A stretch of DNA of 64,000 bases from Pelomyxa schiedti (taxonomy: Eukaryota > Protista > Evosea). Positions 13,497 through 29,091 of the stretch are shown here, piece by piece (the stretch's first letter is position 1; every line of letters begins with the position of its first letter). The notes under the pieces were generated by a model that saw nothing but the letters and a program-made list of their open reading frames with translations, did no database searches and was not told where the DNA came from. Location of the stretch: positions 187,840 to 251,839 of the forward strand of contig JAHLWZ010000423.1 in assembly GCA_020536535.1 (NCBI GenBank). The letters are read 5' to 3'. The position numbers and the translations under genes were made by a program.

Positions 13497-15245
13497 TTAG
13501 GTTGGCGTGTGAGGCAACCGGTTTAATTTGGGGCTCGGGAGGCACCAACTCAACAAGGCACTTTGCAAGCTGTAAAAGGATGAGAAAGCACTTTTAATAA
13601 TGAGGCCATAGGCCGTTGAAATTTCACAGTGTTTGTCTGGACCTCTGATTTCCAGTTTTTCTTTTTCTTTTTTTAAAAATTTGTACAGCTGCCCACAAAC
13701 TGACAAAGGCCAAGGGCCACCACATCAACATTGAGGCTGTTTGTACTCTGGCAGTGTATACATCCACAAAGAGGGGTGTGTGGTGGGCCTGAGGGTGGTG
13801 CAACAAGCAGTGCTTTTTTGAGCTGTGGGTGTGAGTTTTTTAGATAACAGATTGACACTTTGGCACCATATCCAGCTGTTGTGGAACTACTGAAGGCTGT
13901 AACGCCAATCGTTGTGTATCCTGTGAGTGTGTTTAGTTGAAGGCGATTTTATATTTTGTGTTTGGGTTTGCGGTCAGGTTTAGGTTGTAAAATAAACCTG
14001 AGGAATATAGCATACCCTTGTCCAGAAATTTCGCTCTCGAGAAAAGAAAGCCGGGAGAAGAAGTGGTTAAAGTTTTGATGAGTCCGGACCAAAGTAAGTT
14101 GATGTTTTCCGTTGACATTGTCCATCTTGTAAACCTTACAATGATACTTAAGTCTAGCCACTAGAGTTAGAATTTCCTCGATACAGGGAATTGTACCACT
14201 CGGTATTTGTTGGTAGAATGGCATTAGCGACTTCACTTGGTGTGTCTGCGTTTGGGTTTGGGTTTGGGTTTGAGATTGTGATGCTGATTGTGAAGGTGCC
14301 TTGTGTGTTGGAGGCCGCTTCCGTGAAGATTCTTCCTGAGTTTTGTGATATTGTTGCATTTCAGATATTGTTTGTAGACATTTTAAGAGGTCTAGTTGTG
14401 TATTAGGTGCGCGTTGCTTTGGCTGTTCCGATTTTGTTTGATGATGTCTGTTATGCCGGGTGGGTAGCTGCTTCTTCGACTTTGGTGTTGGAGAAGGTGA
14501 GTGATTATCCACCATACTCCGGTTCCCTGGGCCGTGGGTTGTTTCTGTGCAAGGATTGGGTGACTGTGTGTCTGTTGGAGGGCTAACTGATGCCGGGGTG
14601 TGATCTGGAGTGGTTGTATTTGAATGGGGTGTTAAAATACATTGTGGGGTTTTTGGAGAAGCCGTTTGGGTTGGTGGGGCCTCAAGAGAAGAGTGCTTGG
14701 TGCTGGATGCATTCTTTGTGGGTTTTCTGTGACTATTGCCAATAATTTTAAATGACGCCGAGGTCAACAAACCACAAGGAAGGCTGTCCACAACCAATTG
14801 CAAGTCAGAACCAATGTGACTACAGGAGTAGATAAGTAATTGTCGAGGATGGGTGGTGGGCACATACGTGACTGAGGAATTGCATCTACATCGGCACTGA
14901 GAAAATTCGAAAAACTCCTTCCCATCTGATGATATAGTAGGTCCTTTTGGTGCAGCAATATGGACGAGTTTCTTCCCAGGAGAACAATGCATACACGTGG
15001 CAACTGTAACAGTTCATAAGTTTGCTCAAGGTTTATCAGGATATCAAACGTTACCACGGTCGGTGTTGCAAATACAGCACTTGGCGTCCGTTCCAGCAGC
15101 CCAAATTTGAGCATCAGTTGGACATCCACACACCTGTCTCCACCCTGGTGGGGCCACAATGTGCACCTTAACAGCAAGTCATTTTTAAAAAAGAACTTGG
15201 GAAGATATACAAAATAAGATACATAGCCTCAAATGAAACTCGCAT
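13497..15245 (-). CDS. Multi-exon hypothetical protein with a Cys/His-rich N-terminal domain and a central S/T/P/Q-rich region
   Basis: Spliced exons read MRVHIVAPPGWRQVCGCP...KCCICNTDR/VATCMHCSPGKK...FFEFSQCRCRCNSSVTHIGSDLQLVVDSLP. ORF 13949-14992 supports the coding region. The 3' exon structure is uncertain. Confidence 0.5.
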
Positions 15246-15729
15246 TACGCCACGAAATGAAAAAAAAAAAGAGAAAAAATAAAATAAAAAGAATAGGAAT
15301 GCACACCGCAAAACGCGTTCGTTTGGCGATGGCCCGACAGGAAACAGCCAACTCCCACATCTCTAAAAGAATAGTGTCAGGAAATCAAATCCTCTCTTAA
15401 AGTGATGAGACACACCTCGCTGCTCAAACTTTTTCGTTTTATTAACTTTCCTTTGCACTGAACTGAACGTTCGGTTTCTCCTATTTATTGACGTTTTTTT
15501 TTCTCCCCGTGCCTACACCTGGCCCTGTGGGAAAAACGGGGGAAAACAATGCAGCAGACTGTATGTCCTCTTTCTGTGAGAGCTTCTCTTCTTTTAATTA
15601 CGGACCTTCAAAGATCTGCATTCACAAACAAACAACCGAACGAAACCTCCAATGGACAGGAACCTGGCTTTTCGCGCGAATGTTTGCCCACCTTTTTCGT
15701 CTGGGGTTCCGGAAAAATTGATGATCACG

Positions 15730-17690
15730 ATGGCCGACCTTGGAGACGAAACGGCAGCTGGCTGCAGCGAAGAGAAAAGCAGCCTCGCAGCACCGCCGGT
15801 GCCGAGCTTCCGCGCCAAGCTCGAAGACGTGTCGGACGCCGTGATCGAGTATCTGCTGGGGTCGTACTGCGCCGTGTCGGACATCGCGCGGTTCTCGCGC
15901 ACGTGCCGCCGGTTCGCGCGCTTGGTCGGGCTCCCGGACCGCGAGTCGTCGCTGTGGCCCCGCGTCGCGTCGCGGTACCTGCGGGTCCCCGTGCGCCTGC
16001 TCGCCTCGGCCTCCCGCGACGACCTCGAGTCTCTGCGGCGGTCTTGCGGCTGCCCGGCCTGCGCCGCCCCGCCTGGTGGTACCCAACGCGCCAGTGCCGA
16101 GACGCCGTCGTGTGGCGGAGCAACGCCAGTCAGCAGTGCCGAGGCCAATCTCGGTGCCAGTCTAGACGACGGAGACAGTGAAAGCAGTAACGGCGATGGC
16201 GATGATGGTCACGACGACGACTACGACGGCGACAGGGGACACGACGGCGGAGACGTGCGCGTGCGAGTTACTTTCAGCAGCGACAGTGAAAATGGCAGTG
16301 GCAGTGAAAGTGACGACGGAGACGAAGATGTGGTGGCCGAGGGGGGCCGCGCAACCCCGGATTGTGGGACCAAGGGCGGTTGGGGCTGTGGGCTGTGGGA
16401 GCTGTTGGGGGGGCACGAGGCTCGCGACTTGGTTCGGGAGTTTGTGACTCTTCCAAGGAAGCCTCGTGCTGCTTCGATGATGCATTGTGATGAGGTTCTG
16501 TGGGCCGAGTTCAGCCCCTGTGGCACTTATCTGGCAACCGCTTCCAGAGACAGGATGCTTTTCTTGTTTAAGACTGAGTCCATCGTCAATGCGTGCAACT
16601 CCTCCGGCGTTTCTCAAGGAGGGGTCCATCAGGAGGGTGCACTTGTGAACCCGTGTTCTGTGTGGAGAGCAGGTTTCGACAATGCAAAGGTGTCCTGGAG
16701 CAGGTATGCTTCCTCCACACGGATTTCCTGCAGCTTATGGTATCCATGAACTCAAAGCGACTCCAAATTCTTGGTTGTGGACGAAGCAACGAATCATGGC
16801 ACATATGTTCGGCAGACTTCTTCTTCTGTTGTTTTTGAAGTCTCTGATGGAGCCTTGATACACAAAGCCATTCTTCCTGGCGGCCACGTATCAATTCTTT
16901 ATTCTGAGGTTTTGGTTTCTTTCCCCTAAAATCAAGTCCAGTTCTATTCCTATGCGTGGTGGATCGATGCTGGTGTGGTTGTATACCGGACATCACCATC
17001 TCAAGTTGTGATAAAGGACCTGATCCACAATACCTCACACAGTGCTACTTTTAAATTGCCACCCATGGTTTCGCTTCTGACACTTCCAGTGCCACAAAAC
17101 CAAGGAACTTACAGAAGCGTGATTGCAACTTTGAGTGGCCGTTCTATGTTTTCCGATGTTTGGTTTTACAAGCTGAATGAAGACCGGTCGAAATATGAGG
17201 TTTTAAACCTTCTCTTCCAAAAGAATTTGGACTTGATTCCCGTTCTCCCAAAAAACAAACAAACAACAAAACAAAGATTTGTTGGAAAGCAAGGCACTAC
17301 CCCAGTGTCATTGTTGGATATCACATATCACCCTGTGGGAAGTACATGATAACAGCGACGAGACTTGACACAGCACAAGACCAAGTTCACGTGTACTTGT
17401 GGTCTCTGGAACACCGTGCCGTGGTTCGGCTGTATGAATCGCACGGCCTCGCCACCATTTCACCCTTCACGTCCACGTTCATCCTCATGCCATGCTTTGT
17501 CAACAAGGGGCTGCGATACATCGCACTCCCTGACGAGGAAGGAAATCTCAGGCTGTGGAACACATTTTCTGGAAGCCTGGTGTGCCAAGCCAAGGCTCAC
17601 ACGAACTTGATCAGCCTCGTGGCATCGCACCCCACAGTTTGCTTGATGGTCACTGTCAGCGATGACATGAAGGTCCAGTTCTGGATGTGA
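15730..17690 (+). CDS. F-box/WD40 repeat protein, FBXW5-like
   Basis: F-box LEDVSDAVIEYLLGSY...DIARFSRTCRRF...LW. WD repeats HCDEVLWAEFSPCGTYLATASRDRMLFLF and AHTNLISLVASHP...LMVTVSDDMKVQFW. Alternative starts at 15652 and 15721. Confidence 0.8.
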
Positions 17691-17749
17691 TGTGTGCACT
17701 TATGATACGAAAAAAAAAATAGAAGTGGAAGGGTAAAGATTCTATTGTT

Positions 17750-20746
<2,997 letters not shown>

Positions 20747-21174
20747 CTGCGTCTGGATCTCGTCCTCTCTGCTGACTCGCTGGACTTTTTTTTTTTGCTT
20801 TTTATTCGCGTTTAGTGAATCGCAAGCAAAGGCCATTTTTGTTTCTGACAGTTGCCAAGGGATCTTAGACACCAGTACTAACTACAGGTGTTGTCTCAGG
20901 GGCAGGAAGCTGATCTTGGTAGATTCCCTTCCAGGGTCTGTGATTCCTCAGTGAACAAACTGTTCTCGTTTTTCGTACTCTTCCATCATTTTTCCAATAA
21001 GGTTCTTCCTTTCCACTACGGCTCTACCCCGAACGGATCCCAATCGGTCCATTTGCACAATCGAACTTCGATTATTTACCAACAAATCAACACAATAACA
21101 CCCCGGACTACCACTCCCACCCCACCGTACTCCCAACCAACAAAGCAAACAACATACCACACCCACCCACAATT

Positions 21175-22123
21175 ATGTCTATACGGTCGTGCACGTCGTG
21201 TATAAGCAGTCGCCGGCTAAGATCCCTCGCACTGCCAGTGGCCCTTCTCCTCAGTGCGGTTGCGATAGTTAGTGTCCAAGGACAGCCGGCGAGCACGTGC
21301 TGCAGCTCTCTGAGGGAGAAGGAGCACATTGGTAGGTATTGTGGGCTGGATAGGGACGTCACTACGTGTGGGTACAAGTACAACACAATGTGTCATGAGT
21401 GGAACGACCACGGCCAACACATAAACACTGCCACCAAAGTCGATCTCGTGTGTACAACCTTTTTTTTCTTTCTTCGTTTTTCGTTTCCATTTTAATTTTT
21501 TTTTCCCCCAGGCAGTTGAAACCATGATTAATGACGATGGGGAGGATTGCCTGAGGGCTTGGCTGACATGGGAATGCTCCTTGTGGTGCGTAACGTGCAC
21601 AGAAGGCGATGATGGAGCGTGGACATACCATGGCGCCTGCAGCAAGTTTGTTTCCCAAGCAAAACCTCCTTTTTAAAATGTATTACATTTGTATGGCTGT
21701 ATGTATATATGTTAATTTGTATTTTAATTCCAGATAGTTAAACGCAGCCCCTACCACACCAATCAAAATCCCACTTACACCACTATCTTTCAGCCTATGT
21801 GATGACTTCAAGAGCAAGTGCCCAACATTGGTCACTAACCCGGACTATGGTTCTATTTTCACTTGCAACAGTTCACTCTACAACTCAGACCTGGCAACAT
21901 GCAACAAAGTCAAATACTGGGGTCAGTTCTCTTCTTCCTTTGTGTCATTTAAATAACCATGTAAACAGACAACACACAGAACAACCTTGGGTGGGGCCTG
22001 ATGTCAGCAACTGTGTTCACGCTGGCTGGAATAATCGTAGCTGGATTCATATGGGAACTCTGGGGATACAACATGTATCAAAGATACCTTGACAAGAAAG
22101 TAACAACACAGCTTGGCCACTAA
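21175..22123 (+). CDS. Type I membrane protein: signal peptide + Cys-rich Frizzled-CRD/folate-receptor-like domain + one TM helix
   Basis: Four exons read LALPVALLLSAVAIVSVQG (signal peptide); TCCSS...YCG...TC...MC; DCLRAWLTWECSLWCVTC...GACSNLCDDFKSKCP; TC...C; then LGWGLMSATVFTLAGIIVAGFIW (TM) and a short tail ending at TAA 22121-22123. Confidence 0.7.
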
Positions 22124-22268
22124 AACAACGAATTTTTAAACTTTTTTTTTGTTGCTTTGCCAAGAAAGAAAAAAGGTGTAAGGGGAGTGAGTTTTCTCCA
22201 CTCCCAATAAGGACTTTCTTTCACTTGAGTCTCTCCCGCAATAAAGCTACTAACCAGAAAGCCCCCAC

Positions 22269-23926
22269 TTACCTACGGCCGCCTCTTCCTCTTCCTCCAC
22301 CACCTCTCCCTCCTCGCCGTACTCCCCCACTGTGACCACCTCCTCTCCTGCCTCCTCCCATTCTTCCTCCTCCCCCCATTCTCCTTCCCCCACCTCCCAT
22401 CCTCCTTCCGCCGCCCCCCATTCTCCTTCCCCCGCCGCCCATTCTTCCCCCTCGGCCCCCCCTTGCTCCACCCTTGGTCTTGCCAAGAAGAGAGCCCCAG
22501 GTCTCTTTCTTTTCAGTTGCGGGAATTCTAGCTGAGACTTTCAAGTTTAATGCCGACGACTGCGGCGGCGGAGACACTGACGGAGGTGGCGGAGATGCGG
22601 CCGGTGGAGGAATGTTTTCCCAAGCCAGGATAGATGTCACACACTTTTTCTCGCCGTTCCCCTCTGCTGCCGGTTTGGTAGTGGCTTCAGGTTTCTTTGT
22701 GGTAAATGTAGTACTGGCGGTTAGACCGCCACCTTGCCGTAGTCCAACTCCACCTATTCTTCCCAGTCCACCTCCACCCATTCTTCCCCGGCCACCTGCT
22801 CCCATTCTTCCCATGCCACCCCCACTTCTTTGTGGTTGCGACCGCATGCCGCCACCAGAAGGGCTCCCTCGAGCAAAGCTGGAGCCAGATCCACCAAAGG
22901 AACCTCCCCCGGAACGAGTGGAGTTCAGAGAACCCCACTCTTCAGGAACTTCTTCAAGTGGTTGATGGGAATCACTTGGGGTCGGTTTAGGTTGCGGTGC
23001 CTTTGGAGGCAGTACACCTGCCGCTTGCTTTCGTGCCATAGCAGTGAAAATGTCGGTATTCTCCTCTTTACCTGTGCCCACTAATTTAGCGCTCATGGCA
23101 GCGCCACTCCCTACACTGTTGGTACTTGCCGGGGCATTCTTTGTAAGTTTACCGAGAAGGTGCTCAGCCATGTTATTCATAACAGGTTGTCCACTACGTG
23201 TTTTCTGGTTGAGCTTTCTGGTAACTTCTTGCCGTTGCTTAATATTTTGCTTGACCTGAGCTTCATGCTCCTCCTTTTCTAAGCGCTCCTCAAACTTCTC
23301 TCTCAGTTCATGAGCGTGCTGTGCATGGTATTTGCGTAGTGACCAAGGCAGATGTGCAGCATTTTTCATGTCTTCCTTTTTTTGTGCGTCATCTGTGCTT
23401 TCCTCTGGCTCATCGGCGGCAGGTTTCTCCAGCGCAAGCGCGAGAGCAACCGGATCAACTTTGACTGGAACAGCTGGGGACTTTGTTTGCGACACAGTTT
23501 GCCGTGCCTTCTTGGCTGGTGGTTGACCATTTACTGGAGCAGCTTCTTTGGGTGGCGTCTTCTTATCTGCGGGTTCGTCAGCATTTTCCGGGGTGTCCCA
23601 TGTCGCCTCATCGAGGGAAATTTTTCCAGAGAAGAACTGTCAATACGTTAAAGCTAGTGGGTGTATGTTTTTAATAGTAAAACCTTGTCGTAAAACCCGT
23701 CAGACGAAGCGTTAGTGGCAGCGTACTTGCCCTTGTACTTCTCGTAGATCCGCTTGGTCGCTCCCTCCACGTCCTCTTGTCTTTGTTTTCCTGTTGTTGT
23801 TTCGATAAACAGAAAAACTCGGGTGAGTGGCAGTCCGGGCAATTAATAAAAAGATTGTCATTGACATGTACCTATGGACTTGTACTCGTTGCGGCGGCGA
23901 CCTTCCTTGCGTTGCGGGGTCCACAT
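22269..23926 (-). CDS. rRNA-processing FYV7/CCDC59(TAP26)-like protein with long Gly/Arg (RGG)-rich C-terminal tail
   Basis: EERLEKEEHE...RQEVTRKLNQKTRSGQPVMNNMAEHLLGKL matches the family motif K(L)xxKT(R/K)xGQP...(E)HLL.KI. RGG and RRMGGGG repeats follow. The stop may coincide with a splice donor (AG|GTAAGT at about 22271). Confidence 0.65.
22370..22465 (-). repeat. About 21-nt coding tandem repeat (RRMGGGG x about 4)
   Basis: Translation GRMGGGGRRMGGGGRRMGGGGRRMGGGGRMGGG. Confidence 0.75.
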
Positions 23927-24141
23927 ATTCGTAGGTCAATTAAAATGCGATAGGCAACTGCACTTTAAGCCGAATCTTTTTCCTGTTTTCTGTGTGAGGC
24001 TGAACCTGTTCCACTCGGTGCCAGCACTTCTCGAGGAGGTTCCTATAGTAGCGACTGAGATCCCCCCAGAGTCCACCGGAGGGCAAATTTAATTGTGGAA
24101 AGTCTTTCAGTTGATCTGCTTAGTGAAATTGGGGCGTCGGA
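23927..24141. promoter_or_regulatory. Putative bidirectional promoter between the FYV7-like gene and POLD1
   Basis: Head-to-head starts at 23926 (-) and 24142 (+). Confidence 0.4.
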
Positions 24142-27100
24142 ATGAAGAGGCCGCGAGACGAAGAAGGCCCCAATGGTCGCGTCTTGAGCGACGGTAGGGA
24201 AATGACACTATTCCCCTGCGCATTGTGCTTTCCACTTATTTCGCATTGGCGCAGCATAAAATCTAACAAAACACTCAAGATAGCGGACCCGACGACACTG
24301 ACCTGGCCGACGATATCCAATATGCACAACCGCCTGCCTCTACTCAGCAACAAACCGCATCTACATCCACAAAATTCTTCGCGAGATCCACCCAGAAATC
24401 AGTAGCCACAAGACCGGGTGATGGTCAACCTACTCCCAAACGCCCCCGCAATGTCACGGCGAGTGGTGCTGGTGGCGGAGCTGGAAGGGGAGCGGGCAGG
24501 GGACGTCGCTCTTCCAAGCCGGGTGCTGCCGTGCAAATTACTCCACAACTTGGGGATAGCTCGCAGCCTTCTCAGTCACAATCCCAGTCTTCTGTTCCTG
24601 AACACGTTCGCGCCATGTATCGCGTTGCAAATCCACCAGATATTGAAGCTTGCAAGGTGGCGTGGGCGAGGCCTCCTGTCAAAATCACCACCAGGGATCC
24701 ACTTGGTGTGCTGCTTTCACAAGTTCTAATCAAGATTTGCATTTGCCCTTCCTTGTGCATCAGGACTTACTCTACTGTTAGTATTCCAGAAACTAGAAAT
24801 TGACTACACTGTGGGAGACCCAATAAAAGGAATGCCGGGCTCTCCTGTTAAGCCAGTTCCCATCGTGAGAATGTTTGGTTGAACTAAGCCCTACATTTGG
24901 ATTCAATCCTTATCTTTGGCTAGGTGTTAATGAAGCAGGAAACAGCATTCTTCTTAATGTCCATGGCTTTACACCATATTTTTACGTGAAAGCACCTCCT
25001 GGATTTCATGAGAACAGTTGTGCTGAATTCAGACATGCTTTCAATGTTTTTTCTTTCTGAAAGAAAAATGACAACAAAATTTTTACACGGATAAACAGGA
25101 TGTTGCAAAGTCTTTCATGACAGGTGCTATGGCTCATCCACACAAAGATTACATCTTGGATGTTAGGATCGAAAAGAAGCAGTCACTACTTTACTACCAC
25201 AACAACATATTTGAAGATTTCTTAAGAATATCTTGCTCCCTTCCAAAACAAGTTCCACAGCTGCGATGTAAATTTTTTTTTTCCGCCAGGGAGTTGGGGA
25301 ATCAGGCTTTAACTCATCATCTCTAGCATTATTAGAGAAAGGGGCCTTGTGGGGACGCAATATGCCTACCTATGAATCAGATATACTGTTTGTGCTTCGT
25401 TTTATGATTGATACCGGACTGAGCGGTTATTGCTGGGTCCGGATTGAGGCTGGGCATTGGGATGTATGCTTCCACTTTCTTCTAATGCCTACTGAATGGA
25501 AATAGATACTGCCTCCAGATATGCGTACGTCCCATTGCCAAATAGAAGCTTTTTGCTCGTATGTCGTTTTCTTTAGTTGAATAAGTGACGGGATTCCAGT
25601 GTGGAAGACATAAAAAACCTTGGTTTCGATAATGAATGGGCCAAAGTGGCACCTCTAAGGATTTTAAGTTTTGGTGCTTCCTTTTGGTACTCTCAATTTT
25701 TTTATAACTCTGTGCAGATATTGAGTGTGCTGGCAGAAAAGGACTTTTCCCTGATGCTGCTCATGACCCTGTCATTCAAATAGCCAACATGATAACCCTT
25801 CAAGGTTTGTAGCTGTACCATAGGGCTTCTGTTCACATTCTTAGGTGATACAAAACCCATTATCAAGAACATCATGACTCTGCGGAACACCTCTAGTATT
25901 GTGGGAGCCGAGGTCCTCAGTTTTAACCAGGAAGAAGCAATGTTATCTGCTTGGCAACAATTCTTGATTTCTGTATCTCTCTCAATATCGTTTGCCGAAG
26001 TGATGCTTCCTGCAGGCCGATCCTGATATTTTGACTGGCTACAACATTGTTAACTTTGATATTCCCTACTTGCTAGATCGTTGCAAGACAATTCTCCCAA
26101 GAGGACCACCAATCAAGTGGAGCAAAATCAAAGTAGTAATTTAAATCTTGTTGTGGTTAACAAGTACCCAGACTTCGAGAGTTCAGTGTGAGAATGCATC
26201 ATTTAAGTCAAAAGCACTAGGAAGGCGAGAATCAAAGGAAATCTGTGTGTTCAATATTTGTTCTGAGTTCTTTTAACTTCAAAAGCTGTTGATGGTCGAA
26301 CTACTTTTGATATGCTGCAGGTATCCTCAGTAAAACTTCAAGGGTTCAACAAAAAACCTAAAACAGGTAATTCAAAGGGAGCACAAACTCCGCTCTTTTA
26401 CTTTGAACTTTGTATCGGCAACTTTCTTGGGAGAGCAAAAGGAGGAAGTGCACCACTCGAATATCACAGAGCTTTTTGATGGATCTCCTGACGACCGACG
26501 CAGGCTTGCTGTGTACTGCCTTAAGGTTCGTTTGCTGTCATCAAGGAGTACTAACTTTCCTCTTCAGGATGCCTATCTTCCACAACGCCTCATGGACAAT
26601 CTCATGTGCCTTACGAACTATATTGAAATGAGTCGTGTGGTTGGAGTTCCATTGTCTTATCTACTTGGAAGGGGGCAGGGTATTAAGGTCATGACCCAGA
26701 TTTACAAGAAAGCAAATGCAGATAACCTTTTGGTGCCATTTGTGCAATCTGAGAAAAAAAAAGGTAATTATGCTCTTACCAACAACAAGTTATTAACTTT
26801 CCTATAGACGGAAAGGAAAAAGGTTTTCAGGGCGCTGATGTTCTCAAACCAGTTAAGGGTTACCATGATACACCTGTCACAACTCTGGACTTTTCATCTC
26901 TATATCCCTCTATTATGATGTCGCATAACTTGTGTTACTCCACTTGGGTGCAGTCTGAGGAGGCTAAAAATGCCATGAAATTGACCCCAGATCAATATGA
27001 AGTAACTCCCCAAGGAGGTACATTCAGTGTACCATTTTCTTCTTTGACCTCTTTAGCTATGTTTATACGATCAACAGTGAGGCAAGGAGTGTTACCCAAG

Positions 27101-28993
27101 ATTTTACAAGTTGAGCTTGAAACAACTTATTTCATTGAGGATAACTGTTTTCAGAGCCTTCTTCAGGCACGTGCACATGCAAAAGAGCTTCTTAGTAAAG
27201 AAACTGACCCTGGCAAGCGTGCTGTCTATGATGGAAGGCAACTTGCATTGAAGGTCAAAAGAAGAAAACTTGTACAAACGTTCACTGCAATATACCTCAG
27301 ATTACTGCTAACTCTGTCTATGGGTTTACTGGAGCCCAACGAGGAAAGCTTCCTTGTACAGACATTGCTGCTGGTGTGACTGCTTATGGTCGTGCAATGA
27401 TTCTCCTAACCAAAAATGTTCGTTATTACAATGAAATTTTGGCTCATTAGTGCAGTTAATTGAAACAAAGTACTCTGGTTCACGTGTCATATACGGAGAC
27501 ACCGATTCAGGTTTGGCATATTTATTTTTTCTTTTCTTGACAGTGTCCTAGTCATGGTGATTTTTGATACTAAGGATATTTCCGAAGCAATGCGATTGGG
27601 TATCTCTCCTATCCTCTTTTTCTCATTTATCCTCTTCCAGGAAAGGCAGCAGCAGATGTCATCAGTGAGGAATTTCCCAAACCAGTTCGCCTGTTATTTG
27701 AGAAAGGTACAAATACAAAAAAATCCATCTCAACTGAAACAAAAAAAAGTGTACTATCCATACTTGCTCATTACCAAGAAACGGTACGCTGGCTTATTAT
27801 GGACAGACCCCTCACAGCCTGGTAAGATAGACACAAAAGGTCTTGAGGTACGGTGTTCCTCTCAATTTCCGCATGTAACCACACCATGTAGTCCGTAAGG
27901 CGTGACAATTGTCCTCTTGTGAAGCACGTGATGACAACGTGTCTAGAAAAGATTTTAATCGAACGAAACATTCCCTCTTCTATCGAGTTCGTCAAGGGCA
28001 TAATCAGCAATTTACTACAGAACAAACTGGACCTCAGTTTACTGGTTATTAGTAAAGCCTTGTCAAAGTCGAGTTCAGTTTGTTTCCTGACTATATTGTG
28101 AAATGCCCAACCTCACTTTCCAGGAATACGCAGCGAAACAGGCACACGTTGAATTAGCCCAAAAGTTACATGCAAGAGACTCTGGTACCTGACATTTTCT
28201 TTCGAATGTGGGTATTAAAACCTCTCTGTAGCCACTGCCCCAGGAGTTGGAGACAGAGTTCCATATGTAATTGTTAGTGCATTCAAAGGTATGCATTCCC
28301 CTACGTTCAAGCAAAAATAGAACGAAAACTAATTAACAATCCAAGGTTCTCGAGCATACGAAAAAGCTGAAGACCCTCTTTATGCTTTAGAGAAAAATTT
28401 ACCTCTCGATTATGACTACTATATCCACCAACAATTAGAACTACCAGTCACCAGAATTTTCAAAAATCTATTACAAGATCCGTCCTCGCTCTTTAGTATG
28501 TAGGATTCAATGCTTTACAGTGCTAAGAAAACAAAGAGGGAGAGCACACACGAACAAGGATTATTACGACTCCCGTTGCAGAAGTTGGAGGCATCTTGGG
28601 TTTTGCCAAAAAAGTACAGTGCTGTGTGGGTTGCAGGTATGCTGATATTTGATAATAACATGAGTTTTACTCTCTGGCAGAGCTCTACTCCCATCTAGTG
28701 ACTCAGCTGCACTATGCACAACATGTGAGACTAAACGAGTCAGTCTCTACAGTAAGCAAGTAATGACCGTGCGGGAACTGGAGCAGAAATACTGCCGTGT
28801 CTGGACACAATGCCAACACTGTATGGGTAGCATGCATCAGCCTATCATATGTGCCAAGTACTCTACTCCTTAACCATAAACACTCCTAACGCACATTCCC
28901 AGCCGCGACTGTCCCATTTTCTACATGAGGACCAAGGTAAAGAAAGACCTCCAGGAAGCTCAAGACACCCTTCAACGATTTGACGATTGGTGA
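24142..28993 (+). CDS. POLD1: DNA polymerase delta catalytic subunit (many short introns)
   Basis: [16 protein letters not shown]; LRILSF/DIEC; DPVIQIA; [20 protein letters not shown]; YDGRQLALK; YGDTDS; [13 protein letters not shown]; C-terminal CysB CQHC...[15 protein letters not shown]. Confidence 0.98.
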
Positions 28994-29091
28994 TGGAAAA
29001 TTCCACCAGCCGGGAAAGCTCCTGCCTTTTTAAAACCCAATGGCCCATCCGCCCTTTGTGCCCACCAAACAACAACCAAAAAAAAGTCCCC

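Noticed and set aside
21217-21658. Minus-strand ORFs overlapping the CRD gene
   Set aside because: The plus-strand spliced model (signal peptide, CRD, TM) explains the region much better.
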